Shown one piece after another: positions 7,537 through 17,370 of a stretch of DNA of 64,000 nt. This DNA comes from Escherichia phage vB_EcoP_SP5M: the sequence record NC_070869.1; one strand, given 5' to 3'. The notes beneath the pieces were generated by a model, which had not been told where the DNA came from, made no database searches, and saw nothing but the letters and a program-made list of their open reading frames with translations. Positions within the stretch are counted from its first letter, which is position 1. Each line of letters opens with the position of its first letter. The position numbers and the translations under genes are program-made.

Positions 7537-10098
7537 ATGTTAGTTGCAGATACCAATCAATCAGCCACTTCAGCGACACTGGGTGGCAAAGAAGCAATCG
7601 CCTTTGGCATCTCCGATGACCCGGCATTCTTTCACGTATTAAGTACTTCCCTTTATAACAATCCTACTCTGGCAGTAGTCCGTGAGACTATCTGTAACAG
7701 TTGGGATGCTCATATTGAGGCAGGTAAGACTGATACTCCTATTCGTATCACCATTGATACAGACAACTTTATTACCTTCCGTGACTACGGTAGCGGTATT
7801 CCAGATGAACTCATTGGTTCCATTTATGGTGTCTATGGTGCATCTACTAAGAAGTCCAACAGTAGTGTTACTGGTGGCTTCGGTCTGGGATGTAAATCCC
7901 CATTCGCTTATACAGATAGCTTCCAGGTTACTTCATGGAACCAAGGAAAGATGTCTGTATATAACGTAGCTAAGGCTGCGATTGAGAATGATGGTAAACC
8001 GGGTATTGTTCCTATTGTTACCAATATTCCTACTGAGGAATCTGGTCTGGAAGTTAAATTCCAGTTAGGCAAGCATGATGTAAATACCTTCGTGCATTAC
8101 ATCACATCAATTGTGTTTAACGGTGAGATTAAAGCTGAGCTTAGTATTCCTAAACTCGTTAAAACAGAAGAGGGTAACAGTATTCAGCAGGGTGATTACA
8201 CTCTACTGAATACACTGGGTATGTCATTTGAACCTGGTTCGTATGATATGTCTGATAGATGGTATCAAGGCTATATGGGTAGTAGTAACATATACGTTCG
8301 CTACGGTAACGTAATGTACCCAATAGTATCTAGCCCGGCTAGTGAAGAGGCTGTAGGGCTTATCCTCAACTTCATGAATATTATTGGTGCTTTTAATTTA
8401 GTAGTTCAGGCTGCACCAGACACCTTAGCTATTGCTCCTAGTCGAGAAACACTGTCTAACCAGAAGTTAACTGATGATGGTATTACTACTCTATGCGTAG
8501 ATTTAGTAGACCGTATGGAGAAAGAGATTAAAGCTAAGATTCCTGAAGCTATTAAGCAGATTGAAGAATATGCCTCTGAATCCTCTACCCGCTTCTGGGA
8601 ATATCCATCATTCCTGGGTGCTGTTACAGATAGAACCGTTCAACGCTATATGTCCTCCAGTTTATGGGCTAAGCAACGTAAACATTACATCAAACACTGG
8701 CGTAACTTATCCAATAAGGCATTATTAGCCCGCCCTGAGTATGCAGGACTTAAGAAACTGTATGGTAAGGCTATGCGTGCTCTTAAGCATACTCGTACAG
8801 ACAGTACATCCTTATTTCAGGAATTAGTATATCGCCATCTGCACTTACCTCAGCTTGCTGCTTTAAAAGCTACTGGTATTAAGTGGTCTGGTTACATAAT
8901 GAACCAAGGTAATTCTGTAGACTTGGTGAAAGGTAAGCTTATTGACTACTTTAAGATGTACCATAACTCCCACCAGAGTATTGGCATATTTACTACCAAG
9001 AACGTTGTAGTTACCCGACGTTTATCTGATTGTGCAGATTCTTTCTCGTACTTCCCTGAATACAACCGAGGTGACCTGGAGCGTACAGCTTTTGTTCATG
9101 TCGTTGGTCCTAAGAAGGGTGCAGCAGAGGAAGCTGTAGCTAAGTTCACTGCTATGGATTATCGGGTAATTGACCTTACTCAATACAATGAGTGGGACAA
9201 ACCAACTAACTTCCGTAGAGAGCAGGCTAAAATAGCTGCCGAGAAACGAGCTAAGACAATAGCTGCCAATAAAACCAAAGCAGGAGGTAAAACTAATGCT
9301 CTGATTTCGTTGAATGCAGTCCTTGATACTACCCAAGTACGGAATAAAAATGGCGATTGGGAACCCAAGCCGTATATTCAGAAGGAATTTGCTGACCCAA
9401 GTCGCCATGAGAAGTACGGTTTCGTTGAAGTGGAGCAACCTAAGTACTACGTACTAGCCAATCAGGTTGGTTCTGGTAGTCCTGTAACTGCTCGAATTGG
9501 AACCATGTGGAAATGGTATGAGTTATCTGATGAGATGAAAGCAGAGACAGTTGTCTGTCGTAATCAAATCGAAGCTAACAAGGCCAAACGTCGTGGTGCT
9601 ATTCACATTGACGACATTCGTCTTAATGAATTGATGTCTGTTATTACCAGCAAGGGATTCAAGAAGTATGCCACAGAGCAACGTATCGGTGTTCTGGAAT
9701 ACGTAGGACTGGATGACAGAGAATATTGGGAAATCCTCGACATCCTGGGTCTAACATTCAAACCATTACAGAGTCTGACTTTTAAACCAGAATATGAATG
9801 GGCTTGCGACTTCTTAAGAAACCATCCACGCAACAAAGAGAGACTTGTTGAGATGGGCCTTATTAAGTCAGTAGATGACTTGGAGCCATATGTAAGGATA
9901 GTTAATCCCCGTATGCATAAGCATTTCGAAGTACTTAACGAATACAAAAGTCTGTTTTGTTACAACTGGAGTGCTGGCGACATCCTACAGAGCCTGGACT
10001 TGGGTAGTTTAGTTAAACATCTCAAGAAAAATCCAGAGGATATTCCTGGGTTTAAGTCCCTCTACCGTAATCGTCTAAATAAACTGAAAGGTAAATAA
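7537..10098 (+). CDS. rIIA: rIIA-like protein (GHKL ATPase domain)
   Basis: N-terminal GHKL/HATPase_c boxes: NSWDAH (N box), DYGSGIP (G1), GGFGLG (G2); 853 aa; followed by a second large gene as in rIIA/rIIB pairs. Confidence 0.6.
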   Translation: MLVADTNQSATSATLGGKEAIAFGISDDPAFFHVLSTSLYNNPTLAVVRETICNSWDAHIEAGKTDTPIRITIDTDNFITFRDYGSGIPDELIGSIYGVYGASTKKSNSSVTGGFGLGCKSPFAYTDSFQVTSWNQGKMSVYNVAKAAIENDGKPGIVPIVTNIPTEESGLEVKFQLGKHDVNTFVHYITSIVFNGEIKAELSIPKLVKTEEGNSIQQGDYTLLNTLGMSFEPGSYDMSDRWYQGYMGSSNIYVRYGNVMYPIVSSPASEEAVGLILNFMNIIGAFNLVVQAAPDTLAIAPSRETLSNQKLTDDGITTLCVDLVDRMEKEIKAKIPEAIKQIEEYASESSTRFWEYPSFLGAVTDRTVQRYMSSSLWAKQRKHYIKHWRNLSNKALLARPEYAGLKKLYGKAMRALKHTRTDSTSLFQELVYRHLHLPQLAALKATGIKWSGYIMNQGNSVDLVKGKLIDYFKMYHNSHQSIGIFTTKNVVVTRRLSDCADSFSYFPEYNRGDLERTAFVHVVGPKKGAAEEAVAKFTAMDYRVIDLTQYNEWDKPTNFRREQAKIAAEKRAKTIAANKTKAGGKTNALISLNAVLDTTQVRNKNGDWEPKPYIQKEFADPSRHEKYGFVEVEQPKYYVLANQVGSGSPVTARIGTMWKWYELSDEMKAETVVCRNQIEANKAKRRGAIHIDDIRLNELMSVITSKGFKKYATEQRIGVLEYVGLDDREYWEILDILGLTFKPLQSLTFKPEYEWACDFLRNHPRNKERLVEMGLIKSVDDLEPYVRIVNPRMHKHFEVLNEYKSLFCYNWSAGDILQSLDLGSLVKHLKKNPEDIPGFKSLYRNRLNKLKGK

Positions 10099-10102
10099 TC
10101 TG

Positions 10103-12151
10103 ATGAAAATCGAAATGATTTCTATCATCGCACTGGCAGTTGACAGTCGAAACCTCACACTGTGGAAGCCTGATGGCTCCACGGTTGTATATCCTCAGAG
10201 CGACCCACGGGTTGCTCGCATTGTATCTGAAGCACAGACTAAAGGTCTTGGTACTACCCAAGACCAAATAGAAGTAAACATTGCACCAGAAGTAGAACTA
10301 CGTACTGAATATCTAGAAGCAGAGAAGAACACCAACGGATTCGTCCGTTTCTTCAAGGTAGCTAAGGCTAAACTCAAAGAGTTCTTTGAGGATGGTACAG
10401 GTGTTCAACCAGCCCGTATCGTCTCAGATATTAAGCTGGGTAACCCTACTAAGACATTAGTGTCTAAAGCTATGGATACCTTCCTGGCTGTCCAGGCTAA
10501 TGAACCAGAAGTAACGGTAACAAACGGATGCTTCGACAAACGTGACAATCTGATGTGGGTTATTGGTTGGGACAAGGACCATAACCATCCTGCACTGGTT
10601 CGTTTTATTAACGACGTACTGGGTTGGGGTTATGACCATACCCACCGCATTCTTAGACGGGAATGGCCAATTGGAATTCGTGCAGTATCCGACGATGAAA
10701 TGGGTGAATTTGCTAAACAAGCCCAGAACATCAAAGGTGTACACATTGTATTTACCAACCGTGAGGAAACACCACTACCTTATGTGGAAGTAGCTAAAAC
10801 TACGAACCAGAATAAGCTGGCTGCTGTTTCAGAGAAGCTGGCTGCATTAGGTGCTATCAGTACCGATGATGCTAACTTCCACACTGATGTGAAGGAAGAT
10901 GAGGTGGTTGTTGCTGTTACCAACAATGGGGTTATCCCTGGGGTTGAGAACCTGCAACGTCACCTGCGTCAGTCTGCCAAGCTGAAAGACTACAAGGGCT
11001 TTACTAAGTTCCTTGAGCGTCTGGCTCCAGTTATTAAAGACCGTCTGCACTCAGTAGAAGACCTGATGAAGTTCATGGAGACTGCTGAGCTACCTATTGC
11101 AGATGATGGTTCAATCCTATTCCTGAAACGCCTGCAGTATAAAGACACGGAAGATGGTAAACGTGTATTCGTTGACTGTCACTCAGGGAATATCCGTCAA
11201 TGGGTAGGCTGCAAAGTGCAGGTACGTGAAGACCTGGTAGACCCTGACCGTCGTCAGGACTGCTCTAATGGCCTACACGTAGCATCCATGAGCTATATTC
11301 GTAGCTTCGGTGGTAACGTAACTATCCTTGGTAAAGTAGCACCTGAAGATGTATTTGCTGTTCCTCAGTACAACACTAATAAGATGCGTGTATCTGCATA
11401 TCATATTATTGCTGAACTACCGGAAGAGGAACGTAATAACGTTAACAATGGTATCTACCTGTCTAAGACAGCAGTAGGTAAGAAGTTGCTTAATGATGCC
11501 ATCGTTGGGAACCATAGTTCACCCACCACACTTATTATGGTTGGTGGTCATTATGGTACTAACCTCAAATACACTAATCTATCTTCTGGTTCCGTAGAAC
11601 AATTCCGTACAGTTGCTAGTAAAGAAGCACTGAACATGGAAGAGTCACTGAATGAAGCTGTAGCTGCTGAACCAGTGAAGGCTACTGATCTTAAACCTGT
11701 TAATAAGAAGACTCCTACTGTGAAAGAACAAATCCAGGAACTGGTCAAAGAGTTCCTCAATACAACAACACCAGAAGATAAGTTAGCTGCTGCTGACCTT
11801 CTGGTAGAACTGCGTTCCAAAGCCAGAAAGCCTTGGGGTGCATTCGATGTAGGTAGTGATGTGGTAGCTAAGATTGCTGATGTACGTGCTACCTATACAG
11901 CTAAGCCTATAGGTAAACCTAAAGCTGTTAAGCAAGATAAGACAGGTAAACCTACTAAGTCTAAGCCTGCTATTAATAGTACTAATGCCAATATCATCAG
12001 AGGTTATCTAGCAGATAATGGTATGTCCGATTATCAGAAAGCCCACTCCATTCATGACCTGAAACGCGCAGCTAAGAAGTCATATACTGCCATGGGTCTT
12101 ACTGAAGAAGAATGCAAAGCTATTGATAAGCTGAAGCACCACCTTAAGTAA
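10103..12151 (+). CDS. rIIB-like protein (assigned by position)
   Basis: 682-aa ORF immediately after rIIA-like gene; no diagnostic motif recognised, call is positional. Confidence 0.35.
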   Translation: MKIEMISIIALAVDSRNLTLWKPDGSTVVYPQSDPRVARIVSEAQTKGLGTTQDQIEVNIAPEVELRTEYLEAEKNTNGFVRFFKVAKAKLKEFFEDGTGVQPARIVSDIKLGNPTKTLVSKAMDTFLAVQANEPEVTVTNGCFDKRDNLMWVIGWDKDHNHPALVRFINDVLGWGYDHTHRILRREWPIGIRAVSDDEMGEFAKQAQNIKGVHIVFTNREETPLPYVEVAKTTNQNKLAAVSEKLAALGAISTDDANFHTDVKEDEVVVAVTNNGVIPGVENLQRHLRQSAKLKDYKGFTKFLERLAPVIKDRLHSVEDLMKFMETAELPIADDGSILFLKRLQYKDTEDGKRVFVDCHSGNIRQWVGCKVQVREDLVDPDRRQDCSNGLHVASMSYIRSFGGNVTILGKVAPEDVFAVPQYNTNKMRVSAYHIIAELPEEERNNVNNGIYLSKTAVGKKLLNDAIVGNHSSPTTLIMVGGHYGTNLKYTNLSSGSVEQFRTVASKEALNMEESLNEAVAAEPVKATDLKPVNKKTPTVKEQIQELVKEFLNTTTPEDKLAAADLLVELRSKARKPWGAFDVGSDVVAKIADVRATYTAKPIGKPKAVKQDKTGKPTKSKPAINSTNANIIRGYLADNGMSDYQKAHSIHDLKRAAKKSYTAMGLTEEECKAIDKLKHHLK

Positions 12152-12163
12152 TAGCCTGTTCAA

Positions 12164-12197
12164 ATAGCCTCACTTATAATAAAGTGAGGCTATCTTT
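12164..12197 (+). terminator. hairpin, possible terminator or regulatory element
   Basis: 10-bp stem ATAGCCTCAC/GTGAGGCTAT with AT-rich loop; weak T tail (CTTTG). Confidence 0.3.
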
Positions 12198-12213
12198 GAA
12201 GAGGAAATAAGCT

Positions 12214-12609
12214 ATGTCTAAAGTATTCAGAAGTAATCGCAAAGCAACTGATGAAGACATCATTCGTATGAATGCTGTTGGTCTGTCCCTCGCAACTATC
12301 GCTAAGACGTTGGGGGTTCACCCCACCACGGTTACTTTGCGATTGCGTTCCCTAAACATTGAACCAGCCGACACACGTCGGACGTTCATGGAAAACGTAT
12401 TACGTCCTTTACCAACCCATGTGGCTGATTGGCTGTCAGAGCAAGTTGGTCCTGCTTATGAGATTCGCTCATATGTAAGAGACTTGATTCTGGAGGCTTA
12501 TAACAATCGCCACCTTAACCAAGAGAGTGAACATGAAAAGTTCATCCGTTTGTACGCTGGCAAATACGGAAGCCTGGTTCCGGAAAGCAGTAGCAAATCC
12601 TACGAGTAA
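12214..12609 (+). CDS. HTH DNA-binding protein (putative regulator)
   Basis: RBS GAGGAAA; helix-turn-helix-like segment GLSLATIAKTLGVHPTTVTLRL. Confidence 0.5.
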   Translation: MSKVFRSNRKATDEDIIRMNAVGLSLATIAKTLGVHPTTVTLRLRSLNIEPADTRRTFMENVLRPLPTHVADWLSEQVGPAYEIRSYVRDLILEAYNNRHLNQESEHEKFIRLYAGKYGSLVPESSSKSYE

Positions 12610-12994
12610 GAACATTAGTACCCAGATTGGTTGCCATCTGGAAGAAGTATGTGAAATGTTAGATGAGTTGACCCCATCCTGCGAGGATAGTATGCAAGTG
12701 TTAGCCGATGCACAGGCTGCTTTGGGTAAATTATCTCTGCTGATGAAAACAAACCACATGGCTATCTTCCCAGCAAATAGCAATCGCTTAGCTTTGCTGG
12801 ATTCACTGGCAGACCAGATTGTTACAGCAACTGGCGTCGGTACTTTCCTTGGGATGAATGTCCCGGGAGCATTGGCTGAAGTCAATCGCTCAAACTATTC
12901 TAAGTTTGAAGATGGTGAACCCGTCTTCAATGAGAATAAGAAAGTTATGAAAGGGAAAGACTATACTCCCCCAGATTTAACGCCTTACATCTAA
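12533..12994 (+). CDS. MazG-like nucleotide pyrophosphohydrolase (putative)
   Basis: EEVCEMLDEL acidic helix motif typical of MazG/HisE-like NTP-PPases; start ambiguous (ATG 12533 overlaps upstream gene by 77 nt; alternative ATG 12656). Confidence 0.4.
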   Translation: MKSSSVCTLANTEAWFRKAVANPTSKNISTQIGCHLEEVCEMLDELTPSCEDSMQVLADAQAALGKLSLLMKTNHMAIFPANSNRLALLDSLADQIVTATGVGTFLGMNVPGALAEVNRSNYSKFEDGEPVFNENKKVMKGKDYTPPDLTPYI

Positions 12995-13017
12995 CCCTCT
13001 ACGGAGGGTTTTTTACT
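12995..13017 (+). terminator. Rho-independent terminator
   Basis: Stem CCCTC/GAGGG with TACG loop followed by TTTTTT. Confidence 0.75.
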
Positions 13018-13027
13018 GGAGATTTTA

Positions 13028-14338
13028 ATGTTTTCCAAACCTACCAAAGCCCCACTGAACAAGGGGCAAGAAGCGGTTGCGAAGGAGTTCTTCGACTTCC
13101 TGCTCGACCCTAATGCTACCGAATTCAATATTAGTGGCCCAGGGGGAACTGGCAAGACATTCCTGATGTCGCACCTCATTGATGACACTATGCCTGCATA
13201 TATGGAAACTTGCTCCCTTATGGGAACCAAGCCTCTGTATAACGAGGTTGTTATGACTGCGACCACGAACAAGGCTGCCGAAGTTCTGGCTCAGGCTACT
13301 GGACGCCCAACATCTACCTACCATTCCTTCCAGGGATTGATTGTTAAGAATGACTTTAAGACTGGTGAGGCTAATGTCGTACCATCTAAATCATTCAATA
13401 TTAAGAAGAACAAAATCATCTTCGTAGATGAAGCATCCATGATTGACCGTCAGTTGCTTAAGTATGCTCGTGAAGGTACTCACCAGTGCAAACTGGTATT
13501 CGTAGGTGATGCTTCTCAGCTTCTGCCTGTTAAAGAGAATAAGTCTCCAGTGTATGCAGGTAATATCCCAACACACTATCTGACTGAACAGATGCGTACC
13601 GATGCACCGGAACTCAAAGCATTGCACCAGCAATTGCGTGATACGGTGGAAGGTAAGACAGGCTTCCTGCCTATTAAATGTATTCCAGGCATTATTGACT
13701 GGGTACAGGGGGAAGAGATGGAGAAACTGGTTCTCAGTCACTTCACTCAACCTACCAACAGCCGTATTGTTGCTTACACAAATGACCAGGTTATTAATTA
13801 CAATAACTACATTCGTGAAGCTAATGGTTACGTAGGTGAGTACTCCATCGGTGAACAGTTAGTTTCTAACTCTGCTGTTCGATTAGGGGTGGAGGACCGT
13901 CTGTCTATTGAGCAAGACGTAAAACTCATTGACCAGGATAGTAGTACTCGCATGGTTCAAGTTACAGGTGACCTGGAACTGGAAGTCCGTGATAGTACTC
14001 TGGACCTTGGTTATGGTGGTATTGTTAGCGAAGTACCAGTTCCTACCGACCCAGACTACTTCAACCGTTTGGTTAAGTGGTTAGGTAAAGAGAAGAACTG
14101 GGAACCTTATTTCCGTCTTAAAGAAACCATTCCAGACCTTCGTGCTACTCATGCATGTACTGTTCATAAATCACAAGGCTCTACTTACGACACAATCTTC
14201 ATTGATGCAAATGACCTCTCAAGCTGTCGCCAACCTGATATGGTTGCCCGTCTGCTTTACGTCGCCGTGTCTCGTGCCCGTAAGCGTGTAGTGTTCTATG
14301 GCAATCTTGCCAGTAAGTACGGTGGGCTAACTTTCTAA
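13028..14338 (+). CDS. Dda/RecD-like superfamily 1 DNA helicase
   Basis: Walker A GPGGTGKT, Walker B FVDEASM, C-terminal HACTVHKSQGST motif typical of RecD/Dda helicases. Confidence 0.7.
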   Translation: MFSKPTKAPLNKGQEAVAKEFFDFLLDPNATEFNISGPGGTGKTFLMSHLIDDTMPAYMETCSLMGTKPLYNEVVMTATTNKAAEVLAQATGRPTSTYHSFQGLIVKNDFKTGEANVVPSKSFNIKKNKIIFVDEASMIDRQLLKYAREGTHQCKLVFVGDASQLLPVKENKSPVYAGNIPTHYLTEQMRTDAPELKALHQQLRDTVEGKTGFLPIKCIPGIIDWVQGEEMEKLVLSHFTQPTNSRIVAYTNDQVINYNNYIREANGYVGEYSIGEQLVSNSAVRLGVEDRLSIEQDVKLIDQDSSTRMVQVTGDLELEVRDSTLDLGYGGIVSEVPVPTDPDYFNRLVKWLGKEKNWEPYFRLKETIPDLRATHACTVHKSQGSTYDTIFIDANDLSSCRQPDMVARLLYVAVSRARKRVVFYGNLASKYGGLTF

Positions 14339-14348
14339 GGGAGGGTAT

Positions 14349-14879
14349 ATGCCTCAGATTGGTTCAGCGACTATTGGTCAGGTTGCCAATAGCAGCGAGA
14401 TAGTCAAGCACCTGTTCTTAGCAGAACTGGTTCGTCTTGATGGTGTGTTAAACGGCATCATTGATAAGAATGATCGTATCAATGGTGTAGACGTATCGGC
14501 TGGATTCCTTCATCAAGGGGAGTTCTATCAGCGTTCTAATGCTACCAGACCCCCAACCTATGGTGAACGATTAACACTTAATCCAGAACTTTGGCCTGCA
14601 ATGGACAAGTATCTGAAAGCCTCCAGTCGTTTGATTATGGAAGTACACCTTGTGAATCAGACTGTATATCGACTGGTTCGCGGTTGTATGTCCTATCAGG
14701 ATGTACGTGATGCTCTACCTGAATGTCTGGTAGCACAAGACCAGACTGGTCAGTACAAAGGGCTACCACGTACTCGTGAAGCAGCTTGGGCTCTTGCTGG
14801 CGATGCTATGGCAATCAAACAGTATGAGAAGATTCTTCCTTCTATTGAGTACTATGCAGCTTCTCATCTGATTTTCTAA
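14349..14879 (+). CDS. hypothetical protein
   Basis: ATG with GGGAGGG RBS; 176 codons. Confidence 0.5.
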   Translation: MPQIGSATIGQVANSSEIVKHLFLAELVRLDGVLNGIIDKNDRINGVDVSAGFLHQGEFYQRSNATRPPTYGERLTLNPELWPAMDKYLKASSRLIMEVHLVNQTVYRLVRGCMSYQDVRDALPECLVAQDQTGQYKGLPRTREAAWALAGDAMAIKQYEKILPSIEYYAASHLIF

Positions 14880-14888
14880 GGTAAAGCT

Positions 14889-16853
14889 ATGCGTTACATC
14901 ACCTCTCAGGATACTGGCAAGTATCCTATTGCTATCCTCGGTCATCAAATCCGAAGGGAGGAGATGATTAAAACCTACCTGCTGCCTTATGACCTAAGCA
15001 TGGAAGATTTCATCTTCCTTGAACTACATTCTGCCCCTGGCAAGAAGAAAACTCCTGCAAGGGAGATTAAAGAGTTCATTCAGCAGGAACTACAGCAAGT
15101 ACTGGATGATGCGGAGACTCAGTACATTATCTGTACCGATTCTGACTACTTCAAAATACTGACTAAAGAAGCTAAAGCAGAAGCTAACCTCGGCTATGTT
15201 TGTGACTCAGTATGGGGTAAGCAGAAGGTTATTTATACGCCTAACTACAGACAGGTCTTTTATGATCCACCCGTAGTAAAAGCCAAAATTGCTCAGGGTA
15301 TGGATGCATTACTTAACCACATCCGTGGACAGTATGCTGAACCAGGTCAGGGAATCATTGAGTTTGAAGCCTATCCGGATACGCCCGAAAAGATTAAAGC
15401 CTGGTTAGACCAGTTGCTTGAGATGAATAAGCCTCTGGCTATAGACATCGAATCATTCGGTTTAAAGCACTATAACGCAGGTATAGGAACGATTACGTTC
15501 TGTTGGAGTAAGACACAAGGCATAGCTTTTAATGTGGACTACGAGCCAATTAAGGGGGCTACTGAAGCACCATATGGGCGTATTAACAGGAACGATGTTG
15601 TTCGTAACCTGTTACGTGAGTTCTTCATTAAGTACACTCAACGGCAGATGTATCACAACATTAGCTATGATGTTTATGTGCTTATCTATCAGTTATTCAT
15701 GGATAACCTGATTGATACGGAAGGCTTACTACATGGCGTGGAAATCATGCTACGTAACTGGGACTGTACTAAGTTAATCACCTATCTGGCTACTAACAGT
15801 TGTGCCGGTAATCACCTTAGTCTGAAAGACCAGGCTCAGGAGTATGCTGGTAACTATGCTCAGGATGATATTAAAGACATTCGTCTTATTCCTAATGAGC
15901 AACTGTTACGCTACAACCTCATTGATGGTTTGTGTACGTGGTACACCTACGAGAAGCACTGGGATACTCTCATTGCTGATGACCAACTGGATGTTTACAA
16001 CAACATCTTTAAACCAGCCTGTGAAGACATTATTCAGATGCAGTTAACCGGTATGCCCATGAATATGGAAACCGTTAACCAAGTAGCTGAAGAGATGGAA
16101 ACTGACAGGAACCAGGCTTTGAAAACTATTCGTGAGTCTAAGCTCATGAAGAACTTCACCCTGATGCTTCGTCAGGAATGGGTAGATGATAAGAATGCTA
16201 AGCTCAAGAAGAAACAAGTAACGCTTGCTGATTGTGATATTGAGTTTAATCCTAACTCCGGTCCACAGTTACAGAAGCTGTTATTTGATTATATTGGCTT
16301 ACCGGTTCTTGGTCTTACTAAGAGCAAGCAACCTGCTACTGACGGTGATACTATTAAAGCACTGCGTACACATACGCAGAGTGAAGATGTTAAGGAACTG
16401 CTCAATGCACTTATCGACTATAAACTCGTGGATAAGATTATCACTAGTTTTATACCAGCTTTCAGGAATGCCCAACCGGGACCGGATGGCTGGCACTACC
16501 TGTTCGGAAACCTCAATCTGGGAGGCACAGTCTCCGGTAGGCTATCGGCTTCAGAGCCAAATCTACAAACAATTCCATCCGGTTCTAAATATGCCAAGAA
16601 GATTAAGAAATGCTTCGAAGCCCCTCCTGGCTGGATATTTTGCGGTTTGGACTTCGCCTCGCTGGAAGACAGAATATCTGCACTGACTACCAAAGACCCA
16701 CAGAAGCTCAAAGTGTACATGGGGGTAATTGTGTATAGCGTTACTATCGATGGAGTTGACCATCATATCCGAGATGATGATACAATTGTTTATGATGGGA
16801 AAACATTTACCGGAGAGGAATTTTATAATGCCTATACCAATAGCCTACTTTGA
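14889..16853 (+). CDS. family A DNA polymerase, N-terminal fragment (3'-5' exonuclease + palm motif A)
   Basis: Exo I motif LAIDIESFG; motif A GLDFASLEDR near C-terminus; ORF ends about 45 codons after motif A in non-polymerase-like sequence, where the HNH gene begins. Confidence 0.75.
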   Translation: MRYITSQDTGKYPIAILGHQIRREEMIKTYLLPYDLSMEDFIFLELHSAPGKKKTPAREIKEFIQQELQQVLDDAETQYIICTDSDYFKILTKEAKAEANLGYVCDSVWGKQKVIYTPNYRQVFYDPPVVKAKIAQGMDALLNHIRGQYAEPGQGIIEFEAYPDTPEKIKAWLDQLLEMNKPLAIDIESFGLKHYNAGIGTITFCWSKTQGIAFNVDYEPIKGATEAPYGRINRNDVVRNLLREFFIKYTQRQMYHNISYDVYVLIYQLFMDNLIDTEGLLHGVEIMLRNWDCTKLITYLATNSCAGNHLSLKDQAQEYAGNYAQDDIKDIRLIPNEQLLRYNLIDGLCTWYTYEKHWDTLIADDQLDVYNNIFKPACEDIIQMQLTGMPMNMETVNQVAEEMETDRNQALKTIRESKLMKNFTLMLRQEWVDDKNAKLKKKQVTLADCDIEFNPNSGPQLQKLLFDYIGLPVLGLTKSKQPATDGDTIKALRTHTQSEDVKELLNALIDYKLVDKIITSFIPAFRNAQPGPDGWHYLFGNLNLGGTVSGRLSASEPNLQTIPSGSKYAKKIKKCFEAPPGWIFCGLDFASLEDRISALTTKDPQKLKVYMGVIVYSVTIDGVDHHIRDDDTIVYDGKTFTGEEFYNAYTNSLL

Positions 16854-17370
16854 GAACCGTTATCTAATTTCAGAGGATGGTTCCATCACCAATCTTGCTA
16901 GCAATTCCCCGCTTAAACCAACAGTAAATCCTAATGGGTATCTTAAGGTTGGTTTAGCGAAAGGGGATGGTACGCACCAACAGGAATTGGTTCATATTCT
17001 GGTAGCTAAACACTTTATTCCCAATCCATACGGATACAAGTATGTAAATCATCTGGATGGGAATAAACAGAATCCCCATAAGGATAATCTGAAATGGTGT
17101 ACAGCATCCCAAAATTCAGAACACGCCCTGCGAACAGGATTACGTCCTGGATATATGTCTGCAAATGACAAGGAGAAGTACCTATTTGAAGTACTGGAAG
17201 GTAAGCAAGTAGGTGAACTCGCCCAAGAAATAGGCAGACGTGCAGAAACACTGCATAAAATGCTCAGAACCACTGCTGACAGACTCGGTATCCGTCATAA
17301 GTGGGATGAGGTTATGAGGAGGAACCGCAGAGATGTCGCAATTCGACAACTTGCCAAAATCAACTCATGA
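16828..17370 (+). CDS. HNH homing endonuclease inserted in DNA polymerase gene
   Basis: ATG 16828 with GGAGAGGA RBS (track start 16729 is upstream in-frame); NUMOD4-like N-terminus (YFENRYLISEDGSITN) and HNH_3-like core (HLDGNKQNPHKDNLKWCT). Confidence 0.7.
   Translation: MPIPIAYFENRYLISEDGSITNLASNSPLKPTVNPNGYLKVGLAKGDGTHQQELVHILVAKHFIPNPYGYKYVNHLDGNKQNPHKDNLKWCTASQNSEHALRTGLRPGYMSANDKEKYLFEVLEGKQVGELAQEIGRRAETLHKMLRTTADRLGIRHKWDEVMRRNRRDVAIRQLAKINS

Noticed and set aside
14330-14890. Shared TTTCTAAGG sequence upstream of two middle genes (14349 and 14889) as a possible promoter motif
   Set aside because: The shared sequence is the final Phe codon plus TAA stop of the preceding genes followed by an RBS; coincidence of coding context, not a promoter element.
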